DNA of 63,958 nt, counting the filler. It is 4 parts of 4 records of this genome, joined end to end, with 100 filler letters (N's around TTAATTAATTAA, not from the genome) between each part and the next. Parts side by side here need not be neighbours in the genome. Positions count along the whole stretch, not along the records: positions 1 to 22,126 come from SRR22947725_5382; 3 more parts are not named here. One strand, given 5' to 3'. The notes beneath the pieces were generated by a model. The model ran no database searches and was not told the origin of the DNA. It saw only the letters and a list, made by a program, of their open reading frames with translations. A program made the translations under genes and the position numbers. Shown here in pieces: positions 9,804-21,754 of this stretch; position 1 is the stretch's first letter; each line of letters begins with the position of its first letter.

Positions 9804-10925
9804 ATGGCAAAGAAATTAGAAGGTGCGGGTTTACGTGGTCAAGTAGCAGGAGAGACTTCTCTTTGCACAGTAGGGCAGGAAGAAGGATTGGCGTATCGAG
9901 GTCATAAGATTGAAATTTTAGCGGAGAAGGGAACCTTTGAAGAGGTTGCTTATCTTTTGCTGTATGGCAAGTTACCGAATATATCAGAGTTAGCCGAGTA
10001 TAAAACTGTACTAAAAAACCAGAGAGATCTTCCAGATTCTTTAAAGAAGGTTCTTAGAGAGATTCCTGGAACAGCTCATCCGATGGCAGTCATGGCAACT
10101 GGTTGCTCCATGTTAGGCAATCTAGAGCCTGAAGATTCTATAGAGAATCAGATGCATTCAATCAATAGAATGGTGGCGACTATGCCATCTATCGTTGCTT
10201 ACTGGTATAAGTTTACTCACGACAATGAAGACATCAGTCTTGTGAATGACGAAGACACCATGGCAGGACATTTCTTGCATATTTTGCATGGTAAAACGCC
10301 TTCAGATCTTCATCGAAGAGTCATGGATGCTTCTTTAGTTCTTTATGCAGAACACGAATTTAACGCATCTACTTTCACTGCAAGAGTTTGTGCATCAACT
10401 ATGTCTGACATCTTTTCTTGTGTTGTTGCAGCCATTGGATCTCTTAAGGGACCGTTGCATGGAGGCGCTAATGAAGCCGCAATGGAGATGATAGAAAATT
10501 GGACGACTAGAGATGAAGCTAGAGAGAATATATTAGACATGCTGGCTAACAAAGGCAAAATAATGGGATTTGGTCATGCTATATATTCTGAGAGTGATCC
10601 TCGAAATGCTGTTATCAAAGAGTTTTCAAAAGAGCTATCTCTTGAGTATGGAGATGATTCTCTGTATCAAGTCTCAGAGGAAGTAGAGAAGGTAATGTGG
10701 GATGAAAAAAAATTATTTCCAAATGCTGATTTCTTTCATGCATCTGCATATTTTTATCTAGGCATTCCAACTAAACTATTTACCCCAATTTTTGTCATGT
10801 CTCGTGTGACAGGCTGGACTGCTCATTGCATGGAGCAGCGAGCTAATAATAGAATTATTAGACCAAGCGCAGACTACACAGGCCCTGAGAGTTCTGTCTG
10901 GGTGAACATCGAAGATAGGGAGTAA
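9804..10925 (+). CDS. prpC: 2-methylcitrate synthase
   Basis: GAGLRGQVAG, LYAEHEFNASTF, GPLHGGANE, MGFGHAIY, FPNADF. Start moved to ATG 9804. Confidence 0.93.
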   Translation: MAKKLEGAGLRGQVAGETSLCTVGQEEGLAYRGHKIEILAEKGTFEEVAYLLLYGKLPNISELAEYKTVLKNQRDLPDSLKKVLREIPGTAHPMAVMATGCSMLGNLEPEDSIENQMHSINRMVATMPSIVAYWYKFTHDNEDISLVNDEDTMAGHFLHILHGKTPSDLHRRVMDASLVLYAEHEFNASTFTARVCASTMSDIFSCVVAAIGSLKGPLHGGANEAAMEMIENWTTRDEARENILDMLANKGKIMGFGHAIYSESDPRNAVIKEFSKELSLEYGDDSLYQVSEEVEKVMWDEKKLFPNADFFHASAYFYLGIPTKLFTPIFVMSRVTGWTAHCMEQRANNRIIRPSADYTGPESSVWVNIEDRE

Positions 10926-10928
10926 GAC

Positions 10929-12389
10929 ATGTCTAATAACGTAGAGGTCAATGTCAGACCAGATCCAGATGCTTTGCTCGTTGAAATAGCAGATTATGTT
11001 TCAAAGCAAGAAATCAATTCCGAATTAGCCTTATCTACTGCAAGAAATTGCTTAATAGATACTATTGGTTGTGGGCTGTTAGCTTTAACATTTCCTGCTT
11101 GTACTAAAATGCTTGGGCCTATTGTTCCTGGCACTTCTGTTCCTCACGGAGTAAGAGTTCCCGGCACAAATTTCTTATTGGATCCTGTGAAGGGAGCATT
11201 TGATATCGGCTGCATTATAAGATGGTTGGACTATAACGATACCTGGCTGGCAGCAGAATGGGGCCATCCTTCAGATAACCTAGGTGCAATTTTATCCATA
11301 GCAGATTACGTTTCCCAAGCTAACGTCTCCGAAGGAAAAGATCCTTTAACCATGAGAGATATTTTGGAATGCATGATTATGGCTCATGAGATTCAAGGAG
11401 TCTTGGCGTTAACTAATAGCTTTAATAGAGTTGGTTTGGACCATGTTGTACTCGTAAAAGTAGCCTCCACAGCTGTGGTTACAAAATTACTGGGTGGAAC
11501 CTCTGGTCAAATTATTGATGCTGTAAGTCAAGCATGGGTTGACGGCCAGAGCCTGAGAACATATCGTCACTCACCCAATGCAGGGTCCAGAAAAAGCTGG
11601 GCAGCAGGCGATGCTACAAGTAGAGCAGTGCGATTGGCTTTAATTACACTCTCTGGTGAAATGGGATATCCAGGCGCTCTTTCTGCTCCAACATGGGGGT
11701 TTGAAGACGTATCGTTTGGCGGCAAGAAACTTGCTTTAAGCCAGCCTCTTGGAAGTTATGTAATGGAGAACGTGCTGTTTAAAATTAGTTTCCCGGCAGA
11801 ATTTCATGCGCAAACTGCAGTGGAAGCCGCAGTTACTCTTCATCCTCAGATTATTAATAGGCTTGATGATATTTCCAATATTGAGGTTACCACTCATGAA
11901 TCAGCCATTAGAATTATATCTAAATCAGGAGCTTTAAATAATCCCGCAGACAGAGACCATTGCTTGCAATATATGATAGCTATTGGTCTTATTCATGGAG
12001 ACCTTATTGCTGAGCATTATGAAGATGACGTTGCTTCTGACCCTAGAATTGATGCGTTGAGAGAAAAAATGACTATCCAAGAGGATCTAAGGTATACCAA
12101 AGAGTATCTCGAAGCAGATAAAAGATCTATTGCCAACAAGATTAAGATTCATTTTACGGATGGAACATCCACTGATGCTATTGAAGTTGAATATCCTATT
12201 GGTCACAAGCGCAGAAGAGAAGAGGGCATCCCGGTGCTTGAGAAGAAATTTGCTACCAATCTATCAAAAATATTCGATCAAGCCCGTGTTGAGTCAATCT
12301 TAGAGAAGTGCTTGGATCAAAAAGCTTTAGAGAATCTTAGCGTCCTTGAATTTCAAGAAATGCTTTCAGTGGATAATAATTCTTTTTAA
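10929..12389 (+). CDS. prpD: 2-methylcitrate dehydratase
   Basis: [48 protein letters not shown]. Confidence 0.95.
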   Translation: MSNNVEVNVRPDPDALLVEIADYVSKQEINSELALSTARNCLIDTIGCGLLALTFPACTKMLGPIVPGTSVPHGVRVPGTNFLLDPVKGAFDIGCIIRWLDYNDTWLAAEWGHPSDNLGAILSIADYVSQANVSEGKDPLTMRDILECMIMAHEIQGVLALTNSFNRVGLDHVVLVKVASTAVVTKLLGGTSGQIIDAVSQAWVDGQSLRTYRHSPNAGSRKSWAAGDATSRAVRLALITLSGEMGYPGALSAPTWGFEDVSFGGKKLALSQPLGSYVMENVLFKISFPAEFHAQTAVEAAVTLHPQIINRLDDISNIEVTTHESAIRIISKSGALNNPADRDHCLQYMIAIGLIHGDLIAEHYEDDVASDPRIDALREKMTIQEDLRYTKEYLEADKRSIANKIKIHFTDGTSTDAIEVEYPIGHKRRREEGIPVLEKKFATNLSKIFDQARVESILEKCLDQKALENLSVLEFQEMLSVDNNSF

Positions 12390-14392
12390 AGATTATCTGG
12401 AATAAAGCGAAGAGCTTCTTTGCTAAATAGAAAGGTTTGATCCGAGTAATGGACTGATTCAGTATTTCTAGACGAACCAAAGTTATGCATCCCATAAATC
12501 ATTCTGCCATCCAAGCTTTCCTCGATAATATAAAATAAACCATCTCCTCCAGACATATCAATGCTGTTTGTTTCTGCGTTTGGCGTTCCATAAACTGCTC
12601 TCAGAGTATCAACTGAGCCTTGGATTGGATAAGATCTTCCGAGCCTTGTAATTGTAGTAATTTTCTCCCATTCATCTGTTTGCTCTCTATTAATTCCAGC
12701 AAACCAATTTTGGCATTTTGATAGCACATCTTCTGTTTTTGGGATTGGTTGGGCGTTCATTTCTGATAACCATTCATGAGCCATTAAACAAGAGTTATAG
12801 CCCGCATGTTTATTTTTGAAATTAGTTTGTCTGTCCCATGGCCTTACTTTTTCTGCAATTTCTGGGTTATTTTCTGCAAGTTTCATCAGATATTTAAACT
12901 GACGAGAATTTTCTGAATAAGAATGATCAAACTTGATATCAATAAAATCATCAAGAGTAATTTTTACAGGTTTTGATAAAAGTTCATTGGCAACAAAAGA
13001 TCTATTGGTTAGTCGTTGCTCAAAATATACGTTGGGATTGTTTGGATCCAGGGCCATTGAATATTTCCCCATTACTGCATATGGATTCTGATTAGTGCTT
13101 TGAATCCATCCATTAGGTGGATTAATAAAGGTTGGTAGTTTTTCAATGGGGCGATTTAATGGCCAAATAGCGCTAGATGAAATACCTTGAACAACTTTCC
13201 TTGCAGCTTTTGGATTTTCTCTAGTTGGAATTCTCCCGTTATAAAAAAAACCAATATTTTGCGATGCATCCATGACAACAAAATTAAAGCTTGGGATCTT
13301 TCTCGAGCTTAATGCAGACTCAAATGCTTGAACGCTTTGTGCTTCATTTAATGCAAACCACCCATCAATCTCTTGAAAAGAATTTTGTGTTGCATGCCTC
13401 AAGGCAAATGCTTTATTTTTTAGCTCAAGGACAGGACCAAATTCTGAGAACTTAAAATTTTGTTTGATTTTAATTTTTAAAAAACCAAGAAGCTTAATTT
13501 GTAGATAATCTTTTTCTATCTCAAATGGAGTCCATACATCATCCAGGAGGTATTCATTTGAATTATTTGGATTAATGGTTAATTCAAATATATCTAGAAC
13601 ATCCGGCTTATTTACGGTCGCCCCCCATCCAATACTCTCATTAAAACCAACATTTACCACAAAAGACCCTGGAAAATTTCCACCATGAGCGCTCCATCCT
13701 GATTCGCTTTTTACGTTTAACTCATACCATCCGACTGGGCCAGCAAGTGGTTGGTGAGAATTGATAAGCAGAAAAGAAGATTCCCCTTCACTTTTTGCGC
13801 CATTAACGGCAATAGCATTAGAGCCAGTTGGTATCGCAGTAGATACATGATTAGACATCACAGCTAAATCTCTATCAAGTCCTGCAAAAAATAGATGTTG
13901 TATATAAGATCCAGCAATTACATCTTCTTTGGTAATAGGATGCAGCTTTGCATTCACTTTTTTTGGATTATCTCGAGCAAATTTATTGACGCCATCTGCA
14001 TAGGCTTGAGCCATGCTAAGGGATTTTTCTGAAAGTTGATTTTTTGCAATTTTCTCTACATTTTGATGGACACGCAGCAGCCTCACCAGATAGTCTGTCT
14101 CCAATCCTTTCAAACCATTGAAGAGAGCGCTTTCACCTCGATACAACGGCATTAGCTCAACCAAGTCATCGTATGAATCTTCTGCATGAGACAGACCAAT
14201 GCCGTAAGCTACATCTAAGTCTGTTTCACCTCTAATATAAGGGATGCCCCAAAAATCTCTATGAATCACAACGTCATATGGGCTTGATTGCATATCCGTT
14301 TGCATTTCAATGCTAGAACAGGCGCTTAAAAAGATAGCAACACAACCAATAAGAAATTGATTTTGAAGGGTTGAATTAATTTGAATCATCAC
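12386..14392 (-). CDS. Penicillin acylase / AHL acylase family Ntn-hydrolase, probable lipoprotein
   Basis: RDFWGIPYI (alpha-subunit motif), GSNAIAV (beta-subunit Ser nucleophile), INSHQP, lipobox-like LSAC. Confidence 0.85.
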   Translation of the reverse strand: MMIQINSTLQNQFLIGCVAIFLSACSSIEMQTDMQSSPYDVVIHRDFWGIPYIRGETDLDVAYGIGLSHAEDSYDDLVELMPLYRGESALFNGLKGLETDYLVRLLRVHQNVEKIAKNQLSEKSLSMAQAYADGVNKFARDNPKKVNAKLHPITKEDVIAGSYIQHLFFAGLDRDLAVMSNHVSTAIPTGSNAIAVNGAKSEGESSFLLINSHQPLAGPVGWYELNVKSESGWSAHGGNFPGSFVVNVGFNESIGWGATVNKPDVLDIFELTINPNNSNEYLLDDVWTPFEIEKDYLQIKLLGFLKIKIKQNFKFSEFGPVLELKNKAFALRHATQNSFQEIDGWFALNEAQSVQAFESALSSRKIPSFNFVVMDASQNIGFFYNGRIPTRENPKAARKVVQGISSSAIWPLNRPIEKLPTFINPPNGWIQSTNQNPYAVMGKYSMALDPNNPNVYFEQRLTNRSFVANELLSKPVKITLDDFIDIKFDHSYSENSRQFKYLMKLAENNPEIAEKVRPWDRQTNFKNKHAGYNSCLMAHEWLSEMNAQPIPKTEDVLSKCQNWFAGINREQTDEWEKITTITRLGRSYPIQGSVDTLRAVYGTPNAETNSIDMSGGDGLFYIIEESLDGRMIYGMHNFGSSRNTESVHYSDQTFLFSKEALRFIPDNL

Positions 14393-14435
14393 AACTTATT
14401 ATTGTATTGGTTTTATACGAAAAATTAGTACTAAC

Positions 14436-15125
14436 ATGCAAAAAAATATTTTAGTTATCGGTGGAGGATCCTTGATTGGCAAAGAGGTAATCTCATTAAT
14501 TCAAAAAGCTGGTGATAATCCAATCGTTACCTCTAGGTCAGAGATGGCAATTCAAAATGGAAACTTCTTTCAACTTGATCCCAACGAAGATCTTGCTCAA
14601 TTAGACGCACTGCCTGAGTCGATAGATGGTTTGCTTTATTGCCCTGGCTCAATATCTCTTAAATCACTTCAGCGAATGGATATTTCTGATATCCAGGAGG
14701 ATATGAGAATTAATTTTGAAGGAGCTTTCAATATTGTTAAAAAAGTTCTTCCAAACCTTAAAAAAGATGATGGAGCCTCTGTCGTGTTCATTTCTTCGGT
14801 TGCCGCAACCTCAGGCATGACATTTCACACATCCATTTCTGCTTCAAAGTCTGCTTTAGAGGGTTTTGCTAGAAGTTTAGCTGCTGAATTAGCGCCTAGG
14901 GTCGCTGTAAATTGCGTTGCACCTTCATTAACTGATACACCATTGGCTGCCAACCTGCTAAGCGACGAAAAACGTATTAAAGCATCTGAGGAAAGACATC
15001 CATTAAATGCTATTGGGAATCCGAAGGCCTTAGCTGGAGTAATATATGGGCTCTTATCAGCAAAAGAAAATTGGATTACTGGCCAAACTATCTCTGTGGA
15101 TGGCGGTCTATCAACCCTAAGATAA
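14436..15125 (+). CDS. Short-chain dehydrogenase/reductase
   Basis: GGGSLIG Rossmann motif, ISSVA, NCVAPSLTDT, ITGQ.I.VDGG. Confidence 0.9.
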   Translation: MQKNILVIGGGSLIGKEVISLIQKAGDNPIVTSRSEMAIQNGNFFQLDPNEDLAQLDALPESIDGLLYCPGSISLKSLQRMDISDIQEDMRINFEGAFNIVKKVLPNLKKDDGASVVFISSVAATSGMTFHTSISASKSALEGFARSLAAELAPRVAVNCVAPSLTDTPLAANLLSDEKRIKASEERHPLNAIGNPKALAGVIYGLLSAKENWITGQTISVDGGLSTLR

Positions 15126-15147
15126 GGCTCATTTAAGCTTTTTGGTC

Positions 15148-15153
15148 TATAAT
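15148..15153 (+). promoter_or_regulatory. Consensus -10 element (TATAAT) 7 nt upstream of the aroC ATG
   Basis: TATAAT at 15148-15153, ATG at 15161, no Shine-Dalgarno in between. Confidence 0.5.
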
Positions 15154-15160
15154 TCTGCGT

Positions 15161-16249
15161 ATGTCAGGCAATACATACGGAAAATTATTTAAAGTTACTA
15201 CTTATGGCGAAAGTCATGGCAAGGCACTTGGGTGCATTATTGATGGCTGTCCTCCTCAATTAAAGATTTCAACCGAAGAGATTCAAACAGAGTTAGATCG
15301 CAGAAAGCCTGGGCAATCCGATGTTACAACACAACGTAAAGAGAGAGATAGAGTAGAAATTCTCTCCGGAGTTTTTGAAGGCAAAACAACCGGAACACCC
15401 ATCAGTTTAATTATTTATAACGAAGATCAAAGATCTCAAGATTACTCTAATCTTCAAGATACATTTAGGCCGAATCACGCAGATATTACATACCAAGCAA
15501 AATATGGTCATAGAGACTACCGGGGCGGCGGTCGATCAAGTGCCAGAGAGACAGCTATGAGGGTGGCGGCAGGAGCAGTAGCTAAAAAATATCTAAATGC
15601 TCTTGGCATCAAGGCAACTGGGTATGTAAGCCAGATTGGCTCTATCAAAGCAGACTTGATCAATCCTAGTGAAGCTCAAACAAACAAATATTTTTTTGCA
15701 GACAGCAAGAAAATTAAGGATCTCGACGCATTATTTGCTGAATTAATTCAAGAGGGGAACTCTGTCGGTGCTAAATTAGGGGTCTGTATAGAAAACTGCC
15801 CAGTTGGTCTTGGAGAACCCGTGTTTGATAAGTTAGATGCTGATTTAGCCAAAGCCATCATGAGTATCAATGCAGTTAAGTCAGTGTCAATTGGTAATGT
15901 TGATGGGATATTAGATCTGAAAGGCTCAGAGATTAGAGATGAAATCCGTAAAGACGGTTTTACCTCAAACAATGCAGGTGGAATTCTTGGTGGGATCTCT
16001 AATGGTGATTCTATAGATATAGAATTCCTTATCAAACCAACCAGCAGTATCAAAGCTAAAGGACAAAGCCTTAATACTAAAGGGGAAGAGGTAGAAATTG
16101 AGGTTACAGGTAGGCACGATCCTTGCGTTGGTCTTCGAGCAGTTCCAATAGCTGAGGCTATGGCCAATTTAGTTATCATGGATCACTTTCTTAGAAATCG
16201 AGCTCAGTGTTCTGAGGTAGATCAATCACTTCCATTTAACCAATCATGA
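15161..16249 (+). CDS. aroC: Chorismate synthase
   Basis: [36 protein letters not shown]. Confidence 0.97.
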   Translation: MSGNTYGKLFKVTTYGESHGKALGCIIDGCPPQLKISTEEIQTELDRRKPGQSDVTTQRKERDRVEILSGVFEGKTTGTPISLIIYNEDQRSQDYSNLQDTFRPNHADITYQAKYGHRDYRGGGRSSARETAMRVAAGAVAKKYLNALGIKATGYVSQIGSIKADLINPSEAQTNKYFFADSKKIKDLDALFAELIQEGNSVGAKLGVCIENCPVGLGEPVFDKLDADLAKAIMSINAVKSVSIGNVDGILDLKGSEIRDEIRKDGFTSNNAGGILGGISNGDSIDIEFLIKPTSSIKAKGQSLNTKGEEVEIEVTGRHDPCVGLRAVPIAEAMANLVIMDHFLRNRAQCSEVDQSLPFNQS

Positions 16250-17643
16250 AGACTCTTTACGATAAACTTTGGGAGGATCATTTAGTCCAGACCTATGAGT
16301 CTAAGGAGGCCTTAATTTATATTGATCGTCATTACCTCCATGAAGTAACTTCTCCTCAAGCCTTTGAGGGTTTAAGGCATAAAAATCTATCTCCATGGAG
16401 ACTGAATGCAAATGTTGCTACCCCAGATCATAATGTTCCAACAATTAGAGGTGATTCATTTAAAGCAGAATCTATTGAAGATGAGATTTCAAAAATTCAA
16501 GTTATGGAGCTTGATAAAAACTGTAATGAATTTAAAATTTTACAGTTTGATATTGAGTCTAAGGAGCAGGGTATTGTTCATGTGATGGGCCCTGAGTTAG
16601 GCTACACCTTACCTGGAATGACAATTGTTTGCGGTGACTCTCATACTTCTACCCATGGAGCATTTGGTTGTTTGGCGATGGGCATTGGAACATCTGAAGT
16701 AGAACATGTGCTAGCCACACAATGTTTAAAAACTTCTAAATTACAAAATATGCAAGTCCTCTTTCAGGGAAAGCCTCAGGATGGGGTTACATCAAAAGAT
16801 ATAGTGCTTCATTTAATTAAACTTATTGGAACAGCTGGTGGAACTGGTCATGCAATTGAATTTGCTGGCTCTTATATTGATTCAGCTTCAATGGAATCAA
16901 GAATGACTATCTGCAATATGGCTATAGAGGCTGGAGCTAAAGTTGGCTTAATCGCAGTTGATCAAACTACTTTAAATTATGTAAGAGATCATAGCGGCAT
17001 GAGTCAACAAGATTTTGAGCAGGCTCAAAATTTTTGGACAACACTTCATTCTGATGAAGACGCTGTTTTTAATAAAAAAATAATTATAGATGTTGGAACA
17101 CTTAAACCTCAGGTAACTTGGGGCACATCTCCAGAAATGACTATTGACTTTGATGAGAATATTCCAAATGCATCAGATGTTCCTCTTGATCAAGTAGAAA
17201 ATTTAAAACTAGCTAAAATATATATGGGTCTAGAAAAAGCAACGACACTTAAAGATCTTATTTTTGATCGTGTTTTTATTGGATCATGTACAAATTCTAG
17301 AATAGAGGATTTAAGGTCTGCAGCTAGCGTGATTAAAGGACAAAAAGTTTCTAGTAATATTATTGAAGCAATAGTTGTTCCAGGATCTGGTTTAGTCAAA
17401 GCTCAAGCGGAGAAGGAGGGCCTAGATAAAATTTTTGAGGATGCAGGTTTTCTGTGGCGTGATCCAGGATGTTCTATGTGCTTAGGTATGAATCCAGATC
17501 AACTTAAACCATATGAACGTTGCGCTTCTACTTCGAATAGAAATTTTGAAGGCAGGCAAGGCAATCTAGGTAGAACTCATTTAATGAGTCCAATGATGGC
17601 AGCGTTAACTGCTATTAACGGCATCGTCTCGGATCCCTCATGA
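16246..17643 (+). CDS. leuC: 3-isopropylmalate dehydratase large subunit
   Basis: [53 protein letters not shown]. Confidence 0.96.
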   Translation: MKTLYDKLWEDHLVQTYESKEALIYIDRHYLHEVTSPQAFEGLRHKNLSPWRLNANVATPDHNVPTIRGDSFKAESIEDEISKIQVMELDKNCNEFKILQFDIESKEQGIVHVMGPELGYTLPGMTIVCGDSHTSTHGAFGCLAMGIGTSEVEHVLATQCLKTSKLQNMQVLFQGKPQDGVTSKDIVLHLIKLIGTAGGTGHAIEFAGSYIDSASMESRMTICNMAIEAGAKVGLIAVDQTTLNYVRDHSGMSQQDFEQAQNFWTTLHSDEDAVFNKKIIIDVGTLKPQVTWGTSPEMTIDFDENIPNASDVPLDQVENLKLAKIYMGLEKATTLKDLIFDRVFIGSCTNSRIEDLRSAASVIKGQKVSSNIIEAIVVPGSGLVKAQAEKEGLDKIFEDAGFLWRDPGCSMCLGMNPDQLKPYERCASTSNRNFEGRQGNLGRTHLMSPMMAALTAINGIVSDPS

Positions 17644-18272
17644 GCAGTGAAATAATTTATGGTGTTGTTGCTCCATTTGATCGCGACAATATTGATACCG
17701 ATCAAATTATTCCAACAGAATATTTAAAGTCTATTAAAAAATTTGGTTTTGGAGACTACCTCTTTGATGGCTGGAGATATCTTGATAAAGGTTTGCTTGG
17801 AATGACTTCTAGTCAAAGAGAAATAAATATAGATTTTATTCTTAATCAACCACCTTTTCAGGATTCTCAAATTCTTCTTGCAAGAGATAATTTTGGATGT
17901 GGATCTAGTCGAGAACATGCTGCTTGGGCTTTAAGAGACTTTGGATTTAAAGCAGTAATTGCTAGCTCCTTTGGAGATATCTTTTATAACAATTGTTTTA
18001 AAAATCAAGTTTTACCTATCCAGTTATCCAAGGAAGATATAAATATTTTATTTGAATTATCAGCTCAGTCCCCCCAAAATATTTCTATTAACTTAGTCTC
18101 TAAGAAGCTAACGGTTGGGTCTGATCTTTCAATACCATTTAGAGTTGATGATAATTTACTAAATCGCATCATTCACAATCTTGATGATGTTGATATGACA
18201 ATGAAAGACAAAGGTAGCATTGAAGCTTTTGAGTTGAACTATAGCCAGAAAAGACCTTGGCTTTTTAAATAA
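17640..18272 (+). CDS. leuD: 3-isopropylmalate dehydratase small subunit
   Basis: [32 protein letters not shown]. Confidence 0.95.
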   Translation: MSSEIIYGVVAPFDRDNIDTDQIIPTEYLKSIKKFGFGDYLFDGWRYLDKGLLGMTSSQREINIDFILNQPPFQDSQILLARDNFGCGSSREHAAWALRDFGFKAVIASSFGDIFYNNCFKNQVLPIQLSKEDINILFELSAQSPQNISINLVSKKLTVGSDLSIPFRVDDNLLNRIIHNLDDVDMTMKDKGSIEAFELNYSQKRPWLFK

Positions 18273-18286
18273 ATTCTCTATAAAAC

Positions 18287-19363
18287 ATGACTAAGCAAAT
18301 TTTAATTCTTCCCGGCGATGGTATTGGCAAAGAAGTTACAACTTCAGCGATTGAAGTCTTGGATTACCTGAAAGCATCCAATGATCTTGATTTTAACGTT
18401 TTGGAGCGTGATGTGGGTGGTACTTCTTATGATATGCACGGAAAACCATTGACAGAAGAAACCCTAGCAATAGCAAAAAATTCAGATGCAGTATTATTTG
18501 GAGCAGTAGGAGGCCCCCAATGGGAGCATCTTGGTTGGGATCTTCGCCCTGAGCAAGCATTATTGGGATTAAGAAAGTCACTTGGATTATTTGCAAATCT
18601 TAGACCCGCTTTTTTATTCAATGAATTAGCATCCGCATCACCATTAAAAAATCACATTATAGAAAACTTAGATATCTTAATAGTGAGAGAACTGACTGGG
18701 GGAGTGTATTTCGGCGAGCCTCGCGGCTTGGTTGAGGATTCAGATCCTAAATATGCATTTAATACGATGGTTTACAACGAAGACGAGATAAGGCGAATTG
18801 CTAAAGTTGCATTTGAAGCTGCAATGAATAGAAACAAAAAATTATGCTCAGTTGAAAAAGCAAACGTTCTAGAGGTATCAAAATTTTGGCGAGGCATTGT
18901 CACTGAAATGGGTCCAGATTATCCAGAGGTTGAATTATCACATCAGCTTGCTGACAATACTGCGATGCAGCTAGTGCTTAATCCTAATCAATATGATGTT
19001 ATTGTTTCTAGCAATCTTTTTGGCGATATTTTATCAGATATTGCAGCCACTCTAACTGGCTCTATAGGAATGTTACCCTCAGCATCATTGAATAGTTCGG
19101 GGCAAGGAATGTATGAGCCTTGTCATGGAAGCGCACCTGATATTGCAGGGCAGGGTATAGCAAATCCACTTGCTATGATTTCTTCTTTGGCTATGGCGCT
19201 TGAATACTCCTTAGGCAGAAAAGATCTTGCTGTAAAAATTGAATCTGCTATTAAGCATTTTATTCAGGAAGGTCATAGGACCAAGGACATATCAACAAGC
19301 TCAGATTTCATTAAAACTTCTGAAGTCGCACCAATCCTAATAAACTTTATGAAAAATGAGTAG
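18287..19363 (+). CDS. leuB: 3-isopropylmalate dehydrogenase
   Basis: LPGDGIG, VRELTGG.YFG, NLFGDILSD, YEP.HGSAPDIAG. Confidence 0.96.
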   Translation: MTKQILILPGDGIGKEVTTSAIEVLDYLKASNDLDFNVLERDVGGTSYDMHGKPLTEETLAIAKNSDAVLFGAVGGPQWEHLGWDLRPEQALLGLRKSLGLFANLRPAFLFNELASASPLKNHIIENLDILIVRELTGGVYFGEPRGLVEDSDPKYAFNTMVYNEDEIRRIAKVAFEAAMNRNKKLCSVEKANVLEVSKFWRGIVTEMGPDYPEVELSHQLADNTAMQLVLNPNQYDVIVSSNLFGDILSDIAATLTGSIGMLPSASLNSSGQGMYEPCHGSAPDIAGQGIANPLAMISSLAMALEYSLGRKDLAVKIESAIKHFIQEGHRTKDISTSSDFIKTSEVAPILINFMKNE

Positions 19364-20378
19364 TGCTTCTATAAATCTTGCGCTTATTGGAGCCACTGGG
19401 GTAGTGGGCACCAAGATTATTAAATTATTAGAAAAAAAATCTTATCCTGTAAAAGATTTTATCCCATTGGGTAACTCAACGGTTGGAAGCAATATCAGCT
19501 TCAACGGTGTGGATTATGAAGTGCAATCTCTTGAATCGTTTCAACCCGAATCTGTCGACTTAATCATTTTTGCAGCCGGTTCATCAATCGCAGCAAAATA
19601 CGCAAGAGCTTTTGTTGAAGTTGGCACGTATGTTATAGACCTCTCTTCTCATTTTAGATATGAAGAAGATGTCCCGCTAATTATTCCTGAGATAAATGGC
19701 AGTCTTCTTGATGAGCTTAAAGGACCTGCCTTAATTGCAAACCCTAACTGCTCTACTGCGCAATTATTGATGGCCTTAAAACCTATTCACGATGAATTAA
19801 ATATTGAGTTGATGAATGTAGCAACATATCAAGCGGTATCTGGTACTGGAAAAGCAGCACTAGAGGAGCTGCATAATCAAACCTATTTTTCAGATTCTTC
19901 AGGACCTCCAAGCGTCTACCCTAAGCAAATTGCTTTTAATGTTATTCCTCAGTGCGATGTTTTTTTAGACAATGACTTTACAAAGGAAGAAATGAAACTA
20001 ACCTGGGAAACTCATAAAATTCTTGATCCTAATATTTTTGTTCAAGCAACATGCGTTAGAGTGCCAGTGTTTAACGGACATTCAGAAGCAGTGTTTTGCA
20101 AAGTATCTAAAAATACATCACGCGCTCATCTGATTCAATTGCTCAAAAATTCAGAAGGCATTCAGGTGATTGATAATCCTGAAAAATTGGAATATCCAAC
20201 TCCGGTCGAGCATGCAAATGACACTGAGGAAGTTTTTGTTGGAAGGATTAGAGTGCAAGAACTCGCTGAACAAAATTGGGTTTCATTATGGGTTGTAGCG
20301 GATAATGTTTATGGAAAAGGGGCTGCATTAAATGCAGTGCAAATTGCAGAAAGGCTGCTCGCAACAAATAAGCTTTAA
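19356..20378 (+). CDS. asd: Aspartate-semialdehyde dehydrogenase
   Basis: GATGVVG, IANPNCST, TYQAVSG.G, TCVRVPVFNGHSE, GAALNAVQIAE. Confidence 0.93.
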   Translation: MSSASINLALIGATGVVGTKIIKLLEKKSYPVKDFIPLGNSTVGSNISFNGVDYEVQSLESFQPESVDLIIFAAGSSIAAKYARAFVEVGTYVIDLSSHFRYEEDVPLIIPEINGSLLDELKGPALIANPNCSTAQLLMALKPIHDELNIELMNVATYQAVSGTGKAALEELHNQTYFSDSSGPPSVYPKQIAFNVIPQCDVFLDNDFTKEEMKLTWETHKILDPNIFVQATCVRVPVFNGHSEAVFCKVSKNTSRAHLIQLLKNSEGIQVIDNPEKLEYPTPVEHANDTEEVFVGRIRVQELAEQNWVSLWVVADNVYGKGAALNAVQIAERLLATNKL

Positions 20379-21751
20379 TGAAAAATTTTTTTATCCTCCT
20401 AACTTTATTTATTTCTATTGCTCAAGCCAAGGGAATTATTGGCAGCCCTGAAGTATCAATTAATGCCAGCGGCAATTATTTAATTTCAATACAAATCAAT
20501 AATCTTCCCTCGTTGAATGAAAATGACATTCAGTTAAATGATTTCAAATCAAATGATCCTCTATTAGAGACAGCCCTGGAATATCTTTTGTTCGAGGATA
20601 TGAATGTTTTTAAGAGACTCACCCTTGCATTACCGGTTAACTTTCAAGATACATACTTTTCTTTTAGGTTAAGAGCAGGGAATCAAACTTCCAAAGATAT
20701 TTTTATCTTTTTGCCTCAAAATACTCTTAAAGAGCAATCTCCCAGAGAGCTATCTTTTAAACTTCCAGCCAAAAAAATATATGGTGAACCTCAAAGGTAT
20801 GATATCCAGGGCGCTATAGCAGGCAAATCTGATACAGGTTTTATTGAGCCTACTCAAAGTTCCCAGCTATCTTCTGAGCTGGATGAAACAATACCTTCTC
20901 CATTGCCTAGTTTAGCGCTGTCTCCTAAAGCAGTTAAGAGTGAAAATATTGAAACAATGTGGAGTGTTGCCCAATCTGTGAGAGATAATTATGACGCATC
21001 TATATATCAAATTATGTGGGCGTTTTATCTAGAAAATCCTAATGCTTTTATTGATGAGAATATTAATTTAGTTAGAAATGATGTTGATCTTGTGATGCCA
21101 TCTTCAGATTTAGTTATGTCTACAGAAAACAACGATGCAAGACAATCAATTAATTTTATGTCTTCTCTTTCAACAAAATCAGCAACTATTTCTGGTAGAC
21201 AGTTAATACTGACTGCTCCAGAAAAGCCACAAATTAAATTAGAAGAGATTGGTAAAAGCGATGCTTTAAATCTAGATGATAAGGCTTCAGAGATTATAGA
21301 TGCTAGCGTAAATAAAAATTTGAATTTATCTGGCTTAGAAATAATTGAAAAAAATACTTCAATTATTTCATTAAGTTCTTCTGAAGCTAATTTAACTGAA
21401 GTATCAACTAGTTCTTCGAGAGCATTTCAATTAAAAGATCTTATATGGGTTGCTTTACTATCTTTAATTCTAGGTTTTGTAATTGCTTTCGTTTTGATTC
21501 GCTTAAATCGAAAACCTTCGTTTACTAAAACTGCGGTTGAAGATGAATTTCAGCAAGATGATTCCGCTATATTTCAATCTAATCTAAGTATTACCAATGA
21601 TATCGAAACGCAGGAGCTAGATCTTGTTAGAACATACATTGATATGAATGATTGGAAAAATGCGGAAATGATTCTTGAAAAATTACTTTCCAGCTCAACT
21701 AACCCATCTATCCTTTCAGCTGCAAAGGAACTTTTAGATCAAAAAAAATAA
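20378..21751 (+). CDS. fimV: FimV/HubP-like polar landmark protein (compact)
   Basis: Signal peptide, LysM-like core (TMWSVA...QIM.A.Y..NP.AF...NIN), one TM helix, C-terminal LDL.R.YIDM.D...A..ILE motif; asd-fimV-truA synteny. Confidence 0.8.
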   Translation: MKNFFILLTLFISIAQAKGIIGSPEVSINASGNYLISIQINNLPSLNENDIQLNDFKSNDPLLETALEYLLFEDMNVFKRLTLALPVNFQDTYFSFRLRAGNQTSKDIFIFLPQNTLKEQSPRELSFKLPAKKIYGEPQRYDIQGAIAGKSDTGFIEPTQSSQLSSELDETIPSPLPSLALSPKAVKSENIETMWSVAQSVRDNYDASIYQIMWAFYLENPNAFIDENINLVRNDVDLVMPSSDLVMSTENNDARQSINFMSSLSTKSATISGRQLILTAPEKPQIKLEEIGKSDALNLDDKASEIIDASVNKNLNLSGLEIIEKNTSIISLSSSEANLTEVSTSSSRAFQLKDLIWVALLSLILGFVIAFVLIRLNRKPSFTKTAVEDEFQQDDSAIFQSNLSITNDIETQELDLVRTYIDMNDWKNAEMILEKLLSSSTNPSILSAAKELLDQKK

Positions 21752-21754
21752 ATC

